This document shows, one piece after another, positions 1-11,221 of a DNA stretch of 64,000 nt. A program made the position numbers and the translations under genes. Source of the DNA: the human T2T-CHM13v2.0 reference genome, Homo sapiens; NCBI RefSeq assembly GCF_009914755.1, contig NC_060933.1; one strand, 5' to 3'. Position 1 is the stretch's first letter, and each line of letters opens with the position of its first letter. The notes below the pieces were generated by a model. That model worked only from the letters and a program-made list of their open reading frames with translations. It had not been told where the DNA came from and ran no database searches.

Positions 1-224
1 CAATGAGTGAATGAGAGCAGAGGTTTGCTAACTTCTATAATACCCAAAAGGCAACCACAAGTGGAGGCCAGTCTCTGGACATCTTCAGATGAATACAAAA
101 TTTCTTTAGGCAAGGCAGTGTCTGTGGCCTGGAGATTCCTTCAACTGTTTGCAGAAAAGTAAATGTAGTTGCAGAAGTTTTAGATAGGTCATTGCTTCTC
201 ACTTACAGTTGTAAGTATTTAGAT

Positions 225-372
225 CAGTGCTTTCTAACTTTAATACGCACAAGAATTATCTGGGACTGCTGTCAAAATGCAGTCCCATTCCCTAGGCCTG
301 GGGCAGGTCCTGAGATTCTGCATTTCTAACAAGGCCATGCCACCACTGCTGATCCGTGAACCACACATAACT
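225..372. mobile_element. MER5A-like hAT-Charlie DNA transposon relic
   Basis: cagtgctttctaactttaat...tgagattctgcatttctaacaag...ctgctgatccgtgaaccacac resembles the recalled MER5A consensus. Confidence 0.7.
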
Positions 373-699
373 CAGGAGAGCTGACCCTTCACTCCCACTC
401 AACATCAGTGAAGCGGAATAGGTTCGAGGGAGGTGGGAATGGTTGGCTTTTTTTCCCCTCCCCTTCTCTGTTATCAGCAGCACCCAGTGGGTGGTTGAAC
501 TTGCATTCTCCCTCAGAGGCAATGTGACAGTGTGAATTGGTCTCCACTTCTCAGGAAAGCATTGGTGGGGTGTGGAAAGAGTTGAGTTTCCTTTCCACCT
601 ATGAACAAAGAGAACACCCAGAGGGAAGCTGCATGTATGTGCCTGGCCCTTACTCTGCATGTTAGCAGGGGGTCTACCTGCTAATAAAAGAAGACTCAG

Positions 700-1338
700 T
701 AAAATCCAGAGTCCGAACCCAAAGGCAGAGGTTACAATTAATTTGTCACTCACCATAACAAGAACAAGGAAAACTACAACTTGAATGAGAAATGACAACC
801 AACAGATGAATTACCAAGATGAATCAGATGCTGGAAATATCTGAGCACCCACCATAAAAACTCTTCAACAAGCAACTGCAAATTATCTTGAAACAAATTA
901 AAAAATTGGAAATGCTGGCCAAAAAATAGATAATATAAAAATAATCATATGAAAATTATATAACTGAAGAAATACTATCACCAACCCCTCCCCTCCCCAA
1001 ACAAACAAACAAAACAAAAACAAACTTGCTGAATGGGCTCAACAGAAGAAGAGAGATGGCAGAGACAGAGTCAGTGAATCTGACAGCAGATTAATAGGAT
1101 TTACTCCATCTCAACAATGAGAAGAAAATAGACTATTGGGGGAAAAGACAAAAATTATCTCAGGAATCTGTGGGGCAATAACAAAAGAACTAACATTGAT
1201 ATAATCAGAGCTCTGGAAGGAGAGACTAGAGAGTGAGATTGAAACAGTAACTGAAGAAAGAATAGTTGAAAACTCCCCAAATCTGGCAAATAGGATAAGT
1301 CCAAAGAAGTTCAGGCCAAAGCTCTTCATAATTAAACA
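700..1338 (+). mobile_element. Old LINE-1 (L1M) ORF1-region fragment
   Basis: A-rich; tgaatgggctcaacag, ctcaggaatctgtgggg, gaaaactccccaaatctggcaaa are L1M ORF1 landmarks; homologous to 34345-34700. Confidence 0.75.
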
Positions 1339-2199
1339 TGAAGTGATTCGTGCAATGATACCACATCCGGAGTGTGGTGGAGGGGCTTGGTGATGGAACA
1401 TCCAGGAGGACCGTGTGACAAAGGCCACTATGGAGACACAGCCTCCCCAGACACTCTTAGTGAGTTCTTCCTGCTTTTCAGATTAGATCCTGGGGCGGCG
1501 AGATGAATGGAAATTGTCCCTGCTCTAAGAAGATCATAGGTGATTTGAGGGGTGGACGTATAAACCATCTATGATGGTGAGAACAAGAGGATTGTTCTGC
1601 CCCTGGCTGCTCTAATGACGCCTGTCTTGATTTTGAGAAAATCCCTCTACTTTGCATATCTGTAAAGTGGATGTACAGATTCATGTGCTCTCTGAGTGTG
1701 GGACACAATTAATATATAGATGATAGTTGCATAAAATGCCCTTTTTAAAGTTACATTTTAGAGAGTTGGAGCCAGGGTCTCCCAACATTTGTGGAGCTCT
1801 ATCACTCTGACTGTTGGCTCCCAGAAATGATCTGTATGGATTTCTGGTCCTCTCTCTCCTGGTATTGGGACTCTTTGCTATGAATGCAAGAGATGGTTCA
1901 AGAAAATGATTCTCCATTGCAATAGCTACATGAGTACAGGGGAGACTGGATTCCTCATATGTATTCTAGGTTTCTCAGCATGTCATTGAAGAGTGTTTAG
2001 GGATCTTGTGAAATTATTTGCAGAAGGTAAGTTTCTTATTCCTGCAAGGACTCTGGCATAATTCCTTGGCAAACTCAGGATTCTATGACCTGTGTAAATC
2101 ATATCCATCTCTGGACGGTTTTCTGTATACCAACTGGCAACTCATCATTCTTTTTAATAAGGTTAAAGCCAGGAGAGAATTCAACTTCGGTGTTTTTAT

Positions 2200-2551
2200 A
2201 TTCCTGTAAGAGGCTCACCTGTGAGAAAACTGAGGATGCAGGACCAGGAAGGTGAGGATATCAAGCTGGATGACAAGTCAAACAAGCCCCACACAGAGCT
2301 CTGTGAGTCACATCTCAGAGTTGTCCCCATCAGGAAACAAGGAAACCTGGCAGGTGGGGCACTGACACAGGGAGAAAGATCAAATTCTTCAGGCACTTCC
2401 AGCTCCCAGGAGTGGGGAGGGTGGGCTCCAGCAGCCTGTAGGCAGCTTCCCAGCAAACAGACTCAGATGCTGGTGCTGGGGCTACACCAGGAGCCTGGGC
2501 ATGAACCAAGTACTGGATGAAAGGGGACACTATACCTATTGGTCTGTTACA
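2200..2551 (-). mobile_element. Probable ERVL LTR relic (LTR16/LTR33-type)
   Basis: ggcacttccagct...gggctccagcagcctgtaggcagcttccc...cagatgctgg similar to the recalled LTR16 family; highly diverged. Confidence 0.35.
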
Positions 2552-2639
2552 GCAACACTGTGTGAGCCTTGCTAAATTACCCAGTAGATTTCCTGGTCCT
2601 TTATTGAATTATTTTGTGTTTTTTCCCCTCAAACCACCT

Positions 2640-3280
2640 CTCTGCACCCTTAGTCAGTGTCCTTTCTGATGACCTCCTCATCATCAGATGCTCAAAGCTG
2701 AATTTATCTGCATCACCTCTTTTTCTCTTCTGGCTGCCACTAACTTTCCCTCTCTCTTACCAAAAATGCTATTTCTCGGCATGCACCCCAGGACCCTTCT
2801 TTTTATGCTTTCCCAGGAATTACAGGTCTTCTCTTGCTATGGGCTCATTTTCAACCCCTAAAGCGTGCTTTAGTATCTCCTATCCCTAAAAGACAACAAT
2901 AATCCCCATTCTCCAGCTTCTCCAGCTGCTCTATCCCAACCCAAGTTGCCTCTTGCCTGGGCCACATTCATGCTGGACTCACAGCAAATTCTTTCATAAC
3001 TGGGTTACCAGCTGGACTTTTGCAATCATAAATCCAGTCATGTTTAAAACCTTCCCATGGTTCTTCCTTGTGCTTCAGAAAAACAGTGTGAACTCCTACA
3101 AATGACCTCCAAGGCTCAGCATGACGTATTCCCTGCCACCTCCACCTCTACGCTGCACCTCTTCCTTGTATCTATCACATTTCAGCTCCTGGTCCTCTCG
3201 GGATGGCTTGAAGACTCCAAACTCATTTCTACATTAGCGAACTTGCATATATTTGCTCTGCAGAAATGTGATTTCTCTTG
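2640..3280 (+). mobile_element. L2 LINE fragment
   Basis: aaaccttcccatggttcttcc...aactcctacaaatgacctccaaggctcagcatga matches the L2 3' region. Confidence 0.6.
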
Positions 3281-3735
3281 TTTCTATAGATATAATAACT
3301 ATGACATCCTTGCAAAGGGGAAGGCCACTCCAAACTCATTTATATTATATTCATTTGTATTTATATATCATTTATATTAATATATCATTTGTATTATATA
3401 TCCATAGTGTTTTCCCAAAACCATGTCAATAGAAATTTATTTGGTCTTTTGCCAGAGACTGAGCAGTGGTGGGATTGAGGGTCAGAAGCACACATCTTTC
3501 CTCTTGTGAAGATTCAATTGCTTCCCTTATTATTAACCACTAAGGCGCTTTATAGCTCCCTTACATCCTGGCTGCTGTTAAGATCATACGTAAATAAACT
3601 TTGTCTAAGGAAAGCAAAATTTGGCCAGCACTATTCTGAAGCTGACATAGTTTGTCTTATTGTAATAAGCTCATTTCTAAGCATTCTATAGAAAGAAACA
3701 GTGACTAAAACATAGCAAGATTAGTGATTTTAGGA

Positions 3736-4570
3736 GTATTAGTCAGAGTGGACTAACGGCTACAACAGATGAGTCAAAATTGCATTGCAGGGGCTTAATG
3801 AAATAAAAATGTAATTCTTACTCACAACACAGTCGTATGTGGATTGGAGAGGATTCTCTTCTCCACATGGTCATTCAGGAATTTAGGCTTCCTCTATCTG
3901 TGATTTGGCCTTCCTCTTGGTTCCTGGAATTCTCTCCATTCACCTGGCAGATGGGAAAAGAGAGCAGGGATTACATGTGAGAGATTTCATGGGTAGGTCT
4001 TGGAGATGGGGCACACTACTGCTCACACTCCTTTGGCCAGAACTCAGGGCACATGGCCTCACTCAACCCCAAGGGAAGCTGGTTAGTATAGTTTGGATGT
4101 TTGGCCCTCCAAATCTCATGTTGAAATTTGATCCCCAGTGTGGGAGGTGGTGCCGGTTGGGAGGTGTTTTGGTCCTGGGGGTGGATCCCTCATGAATGGC
4201 TTGGTGCTGTCCTGGTGATGAGTGAGTTCTTTCTCTATTAGTTCCCAGGGAACTGACTGTTAAAAAGAGCCTGGCACCTCCCTCCCCTCCCTTTTTCTCT
4301 TGTTGTGAGATGTCTGCTCCCCCTTCCCTTTCTGTTATGAGTGGAAGCAGCCTGAGGCCTCCCTCACCAGAAGCAGATGCTGATGCCATGCTTCTTATAC
4401 AACCTTCAGAACCCTGAGCCAAATACACCTCTTATCTTTATAGACTTCCCAGCCTCAGGTATTCCACTATAGCAACAAAAATGGACTAAAACACTGGTAA
4501 ACGCCATGCAGGTATGTGCCAGGAGAAAGGACAGCACAGGTAATGGTGACAATTGGCTGTTTCTGATTCA
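3736..4570 (-). mobile_element. MaLR LTR (MLT1K/MLT1L-type), interrupted by MSTB
   Basis: ttggccagaactcagggcacatggcc...caagggaagctgg resumes after the MSTB as aaacgccatgcaggtatgtgccaggag. Confidence 0.65.
4084..4493 (+). mobile_element. MSTB-type MaLR solo LTR with 5-bp TSD ctggt
   Basis: tatagtttggatgtttggccctccaaatctcatgttgaaatttgatcccc...atagcaacaaaaatggactaaaaca; ctggt at 4079-4083 and 4494-4498. Confidence 0.9.
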
Positions 4571-4642
4571 TCAACCCAAGCTCCCACATCTAGAAAGCAC
4601 CCACAATTTGGGCGTGTCAATAAGCCTGATAAGAAAACAAAA

Positions 4643-4897
4643 CCAAACACCGCATATTCTCACTCATAGGTGGGAATTGAACAATGAGATCACATGGTCA
4701 CAGGAAGGGGAATATCACACTATGGGGACTGTGGTGGGGTGGGGGGAGGGGGGAGGGGTAGCATTGGGAGATATACCTAATGCCAGATGACGAGTTAGTG
4801 GGTGCAGTGCACCAGCATGGCACATGTATACATATGTAACTAACCTGCACAATGTGCACATGTACCCTAAAACTTAAAGTATAATAAAAAAAAAAAA
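4643..4897 (+). mobile_element. 5'-truncated young L1 3' UTR (L1PA2 / non-Ta L1HS)
   Basis: Near-consensus L1HS/PA2 3' UTR; GAG (gatgacgagttag) rather than Ta ACA; poly(A); TSD aagaaaacaaaa at 4631-4642 and 4898-4909. Confidence 0.92.
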
Positions 4898-5974
4898 AAG
4901 AAAACAAAAGCAAAAGAAGCCCAAACACACAAACAGTCTAAAGTAAAAGCCTTTTGGAGAAAGAAAACATGGTTTCAGTAGTGATTGCCAAAACCATCTA
5001 CACCAGACAGAGTCTGCCATGATCTGAAGCAGAGGGTCAGCAGGGCGAGGGGCCCTCAGCTGCACAGCCCTGCCAACTGGGAGTGGTGCCCACAGCACAC
5101 GCGTTTAGTCACACTGTGCAATTGCTGGCCTGCCTTGAACTGTGTCCATCTGCTCGGTGGCACTGCTGCTTAATCGGGCCCTTCGAGCAGGGCACAGGTG
5201 CCAAGCCAAAGGGGGGCTTATTGGGAAGCCCCAGATTGGACATCTGCTCCCTCTAGAATCCTCTGGGTCAGACCCATGGCACAGGCAGGCCCCCCCTCCT
5301 TATTTTTCTTGACAATAGAAGAAAGGAGGCTCCGAGATGCTTCTGGCTGCCAGGGCTCTGGCTGTCTCTCTCAGGGCCCTGGACGCCCCAGAGGCCACAT
5401 TGGGAGCCAAACATGTGTCCCGCAAAAGTGCTGCTGGGACTTTCTGGGTGGAAGCCACATTCTCCAGGGGACAAAGGGACCTGAAAAGAAGAGTCCAGAT
5501 GCTGCCCAGATAAGCCTGGGCCATGCCCAGGGAAGGCCAGCTCAGAGAGAGCACGGCTTCACGTAAGAACAGACGCCTGGGAAGGAAATGGGAAGCCTGC
5601 TGGCTTCATGCCAAGCGAGCTGCAGCCGCAGTGAAATCAGCACGGCCGGACTGTCTATATGGGACCCCACTCCACCATCATAACTGCCTGATGATGGGAG
5701 AATGGCCTGATCTCACTCTGTCTCTGTTTCCTCTCTCAGAAAATGAAGATGATAACCTATAGGACTGTTAGGAGAACCAGGTAAGTTACTGAAAATGCTT
5801 GGAACAGACCTCAGCCATAGTGGGTGCCACTCCAGATGTCATCAGCTTCTCTTAGTTAATGGGGCAAAACTGCACACCCAGGAGCCTGCAACTGCACATC
5901 TCAGCACTCGGTGTGAGCCATCTTTAAATACCTGTGCTAGGAGGAAGAGCGTGCGCTCAGCATCTATGGATTCA

Positions 5975-6133
5975 ATACCAGGGTCACTAGTCACAGGTGG
6001 CTATTTACTTTTGACAAAGTGAAATAAATGTAAACACTGATACCTCCATGCTCAATAGTCACATGTAGCAGCAAGTACTATGACAGGTATGGTAGATAGA
6101 GAACAGTTTCATCCATGCAGAGAGCTCTACTGG
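5975..6133. mobile_element. MER3/MER33-type hAT-Charlie relic
   Basis: cactagtcacaggtggctattt...ctcaatagtcacatgtagc...gaacagtttcatccatgcagagagctctactgg. Confidence 0.6.
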
Positions 6134-6875
6134 GGAGTGCGGATCCAGACAGCAGCCAATGGATAGGGAGGAGCAGGCTTACCTACCTGCAGACCTGAGT
6201 CAGGTGGGTGTGTTTCTGGAACTTGCGAGGCCACTATAGTGGGAGCAATGTGCTCAGCTGCCTCTATCATAAGGACGCAGAGGAGGAGGGGCCCTAAAAA
6301 CCCGAGGCAAAATGGAGATAGATGTTTGACGGTCAGAGAATGTGCCCTTGCCAATGTCTGAGCTGAGTGGGGGCCCAGCCAATGCCAAATAGTATTTCTT
6401 AACAGATGAATGGAGTGGGCTGAGAGCAAGACCTTCCCCAGGGGGCTGGTTTATAGGAAGCACTCAGCCCTGAACCTTCTTTCCTCACTCTTGCAGTGGA
6501 GATTACAGCAATGAGGGATCAAAATATGAAGCAATCATCAAAAAGCAAACCCACTTCTCCCATCTCACACTTAGCCAATGTCATACCCAACAAGAGACAT
6601 GGCTCAAACTTATCAGAAGGGCATTTTACATCTCATTTAAGTTCACATTTTTGGTGCAAGAATTTAAACTCCAAATATCTGAACACACTGCTTCACGTTG
6701 GAGTAGGGGGAAAGGAGAGCATATCATTTCTTGAAGAGAAATATAGGAACTAGGCCTGTAGGAAGAAATAACAACAATAATAATATAACAAAATGCAATA
6801 ACAGTTATGGAGCATGTGGAATATTTCAGGCACATTTCCAAATAATAGAGCTGTATTAATGCATTCTAAACTGAC

Positions 6876-7045
6876 TATAACTCTATGGAGGTCCATATGG
6901 TTATTATCTCCATTTTACAGAGGAGAAAAGTGAAACACAGAGAGGTTAAGTAACTTGTTCGAGGTCACACAGCAAGTGAGAAGCAGAACTGAAGTTTGAA
7001 TCCAGGCATTTAGACTCTGGAGCTTACATGCATGTCCACTCTGCT
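6876..7045 (-). mobile_element. MIR SINE
   Basis: ccattttacagaggagaaaagtgaaacacagagaggttaagtaacttgttcgaggtcacacagc is the reverse MIR core. Confidence 0.85.
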
Positions 7046-7142
7046 GTCTTGCCTGAACCTTCTGCCTCTTAAATCTTTGGTAGATAGTGACTTCTTAGAA
7101 ATATATATCAATATGTGTGCCCCTGTCTCTGCAAGGTGAGAA

Positions 7143-7306
7143 GTGTGTTTTACATGCATTAATATTTATGTTAGAAGAGAAGTTAGTGTGTTTTACATGC
7201 ATTAATATTTATATTAGAAGAGAAGTTAATGTGTCTTACATGCATTAATATTTATATTAGAAGAGAAGTTAGTGTGTTTTACATGCATTAATATTTATAT
7301 TAGAAG
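7143..7306. repeat. 43-bp minisatellite, about 3.8 copies
   Basis: Unit gtgtgttttacatgcattaatatttatattagaagagaagtta starts at 7143, 7186, 7229 and 7272. Confidence 0.95.
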
Positions 7307-7589
7307 GCACAAACAGGTGGCCTGCTGACTTCTAATGTTTTATTTTATTTTATCTTTTTATTTTTTATGCTTGCAGTGTTTTTGGGGGGACAGAATTAGC
7401 AATAATTTTAAAGAGGCATACATAAATTTATTTTATCTTCTAGGTTTTCTTGGAAAATAGGTCACTAACAATATTATGCCCATTGTCTTGTATGGTAACA
7501 ATTAGCTGGGGCTCAGTTGCAGGGCTCCATTTGACCAGTGTACCCCCTTCCTCTCTACCTCCATCCACCTAAATATTTTCCCTGCCGGC

Positions 7590-8190
7590 ACTTTTTCTTT
7601 CAGGTTTATAGAGCTATAATCACATACAAATAATGGCACATATTCAAAGTATACAATGCGATGAGTTTGATGGATGTACATGATTGTGAAATCGTCACAC
7701 CAACCAAGGAAATGAACATATTCATATTCATCACCCCCCAAAATGCCCCGGGCCCTTTCCTATCCCCTCCTCCACTCTCAGCCACCTTCTGGTTTACTTT
7801 CCGACACTGCAGATAAGTGTGACTTTTCTATAATTTATATAAAGAAAAATCACACCTGGTGTACTTTTGTTTTGACTTCTTTCACTCCGCATAATTACTT
7901 TGAGATGTATCCATTTTTGTGTGTATTTCCGGTTTATACCTTTTTAGTGCTGATGAGTTTTCCATGGTTTGGAGACACCACAGTGTGTTTATTAACTCCC
8001 TGTTGGTGGATATTTGGGTTGCTTCCAGTTTGGGCTGTTCCAATAAAGTTGCTGAGAACATTCCTGCACAACCCTTTCATGCTTCCAGTACTTTGGAGTA
8101 AATATTTAGGAGAGGAACTCTTGAGTTACATGATAGGTGTACGTCTAACTTCTTAAGAAACTGCCAAATTGTTTTCCAAAGCAGGTGGAT
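7590..8190 (-). mobile_element. Old L1 (L1MB/L1MC/L1ME) 3' end
   Basis: tattcaaagtatacaat...tttgagatgtatccat...ttccagtttgggctgtt...aagaaactgccaaattgttttccaaagc. Confidence 0.8.
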
Positions 8191-8399
8191 TGCATGTCCA
8201 GGGCCAGGCACCTGTTGACGTCTGACTTTGCCACCCATGGTGTTCTGACAGCTGGTGTGAGAAGTTGTAAACACAGGCTTGAGGGAGTGGGTGATGGGGC
8301 ACCAGGGATGCCCTTTCGTTCCTCCATATACCACTGTAATATCATACTTATTGGGAGTGCTGTAGTGGCCAAAGGACTTTCACACAGATAGTTGGCTCT

Positions 8400-8720
8400 A
8401 GGTAGAGTCCAATTCCACATGTAGTGAGCTCTATCCTTACCACGGGGAAAAAGCTAGACAGGTAGAAAATTTACAGCTTTCCATGAACCTGTCAGAGAAC
8501 TGAGATCACAGGACAAACGGCCATTGTGAAGAGTGACAGGGGCCAGCAAGGGACACAGGAGTCGGACATTTGCGTACCTGGGTAGAAGTCACCTTATAAG
8601 CCAGCAGAGACATTAAGCTAGAAATTTTGATGAGTTGCTAGAGCCCAAGGGTAGGCTAGCATGAAAGTGGGAGGCTCCTGGGGGCTGCAGGCAGAGAGGG
8701 GCTCCTGCTCTTTCTGAATG
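8400..8720 (+). mobile_element. Possible old L1M 5'-end fragment
   Basis: aaaaagctagacag...gtcagagaactgagatcacaggacaaac resembles recalled L1M 5'-end consensus. Confidence 0.4.
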
Positions 8721-9788
8721 GTGTCCCAGGTGATGAGACATAACAGCAGAGCATCAGTTTCCCAGGCCAGAGTGAGGACTTCTAGTATGAAGCTGCCTGT
8801 AGGCCCAGGGATTTGTTAGGTTCTAGTGTACAGCTTCTCCTAAAGGCTGCCTCCATGGAGAAGAAGGTGACATTTTGTAGACACTTGGGGATGATTTCAG
8901 CTCTCGCTCACTACAGACCATCAATTTATCTTAAATGTGCTGACAGGTAGACACATATTCATGTTGCAGATGTTTGGAACAGGAGGTTGAAAAAGGTTGG
9001 TACATGCATTTGAGAAATACACATTGAATCTGCTTACTACATTGGGCCCTTTGCTTGGATTTGGGGTACAATGGTACAATGGTGACTTAGACAGGTCTGT
9101 CTTCAGGGAACACCCACCCACTGGAGGTGACAAATGCATTAACAGGCCATTATCAACAATGGGGTAACACCTTACAACAAACCCCACTTTGGAAGCCAAG
9201 CAGCCTTCCCGGAGGAGGTGGCATCTGGTTTAACTCTTACCATTGGTAAGAATTAGCTAGAGTCACGTGAACAGGGGCTCAGCTGAAGAGCAAAGAGGGT
9301 GTGCCAGGCAGGGGAGCCCTGGATCAAAGGGACAGAGTCAGAACGAGATGCATGTGTTACTGGAAATTCGGGATGCTGGAACATCGCGTGCGAGCGTGTG
9401 TGTATGTGCGTGTGTGTGGCAGGGGAAGGGGGGCGAGTTCTGTGTTTATCCCAATTCCCAAAGAACTCATAGCTCTAAGGAGGCACGGTGATGCACAGGC
9501 TGCATCCCTGGGGAGGGCTAGGAGAGAACAGTTGTTCAAAGACATAAACGAAGAGCCCCCAGAGTCAGGTGAAGCCCTTCTGCTCCCCTGGATCTGGAAG
9601 CCTGCAGCTATTCCCACATCTGGATTGCAGGTTCACAAACATCTCCAAGTCCTGATGCCACCATCCCTTTAAAAGTTTATTATGAAAACAGAAAGAATAG
9701 AACCAACATGCCTATGCATACCACCTGGCTTCACATGAGTTCATATTTTGCCATATTTGTTTTCAGATGTTTTCCTTCCAAGAAATGA

Positions 9789-10111
<323 letters not shown>

Positions 10112-10509
10112 TGAAGTTCTTTTAATAAACTCCTGACAGACAACCTCATTTTCACTCCACTGGTACAACGTCCTTTTCCAACGGTTTAATATGTTTCCTA
10201 CTTATAATGGAACTATAGCAAGTTATTAAAATGTCACAGAAAATATAGTCCATAATAATTGCACGTTTTAAAAAGTTACAGAAATGGCATTAACTGTAGG
10301 TATCATTCTTCCACTTGCTTTCTCCTCCGAGCACAATGTTTTAGAGACTTATCCATGCTGCTACACAATGATTTATTTTTACTGATGCAAATATTCTATC
10401 ATACAAGTATAAAAGCTGTATTCATTGATTATTAATAGATGTTTAAATGTTTCAAAAATTCTTATTGTTAACAACAATGCTTGAATGAATCTCTTTAAAA
10501 TGTGGGCAT

Positions 10510-10661
10510 GCCGAGTGTGATGGCTTATGAATATAATTCCAGCACTTTGGTAGGTTGAGGTGGGAGGATCACTTGAACCCAGGAGGTTGAGGATGCAGTG
10601 AGCCATGGGGGTGCCGCATCTCACAAAAAAAAAACCATAAACATAAATAAAAAATAAAAAT
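10510..10661 (+). mobile_element. Monomer-length AluJ/FRAM-like element
   Basis: Left-arm start (ccagcactttgg) joined to right-arm end (gaacccaggaggttgaggatgcagtgagcc); A-tail; degenerate TSD aaaatgtgggcat / aaaatgtgaggat. Confidence 0.8.
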
Positions 10662-10842
10662 AAAATGTGAGGATGGGTGAGCAGTGACAGGTCTCACAGT
10701 CTGCCAGAGAGCGTGGAGAGCACTGGCCCAGTCCTACCCCACAGCGGCCGGGAACCTTCTCTCTAGGGGCATGGCCAGGGCTGGGCGAGCCTGTTAAACA
10801 TCTTTTCAAATATTTTATTGAACATGAAAGTTTTTTCTTTGA

Positions 10843-11221
<379 letters not shown>

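Noticed and set aside
292-798. 168-aa ORF with a hydrophobic N-terminus
   Set aside because: The N-terminus is the reverse of an A-rich L1 fragment and the C-terminus lies in MER5A; not a credible gene.
7143-7306. CRISPR-like repeat array
   Set aside because: The units are contiguous tandem copies with no unique spacers, in primate DNA with no cas genes.
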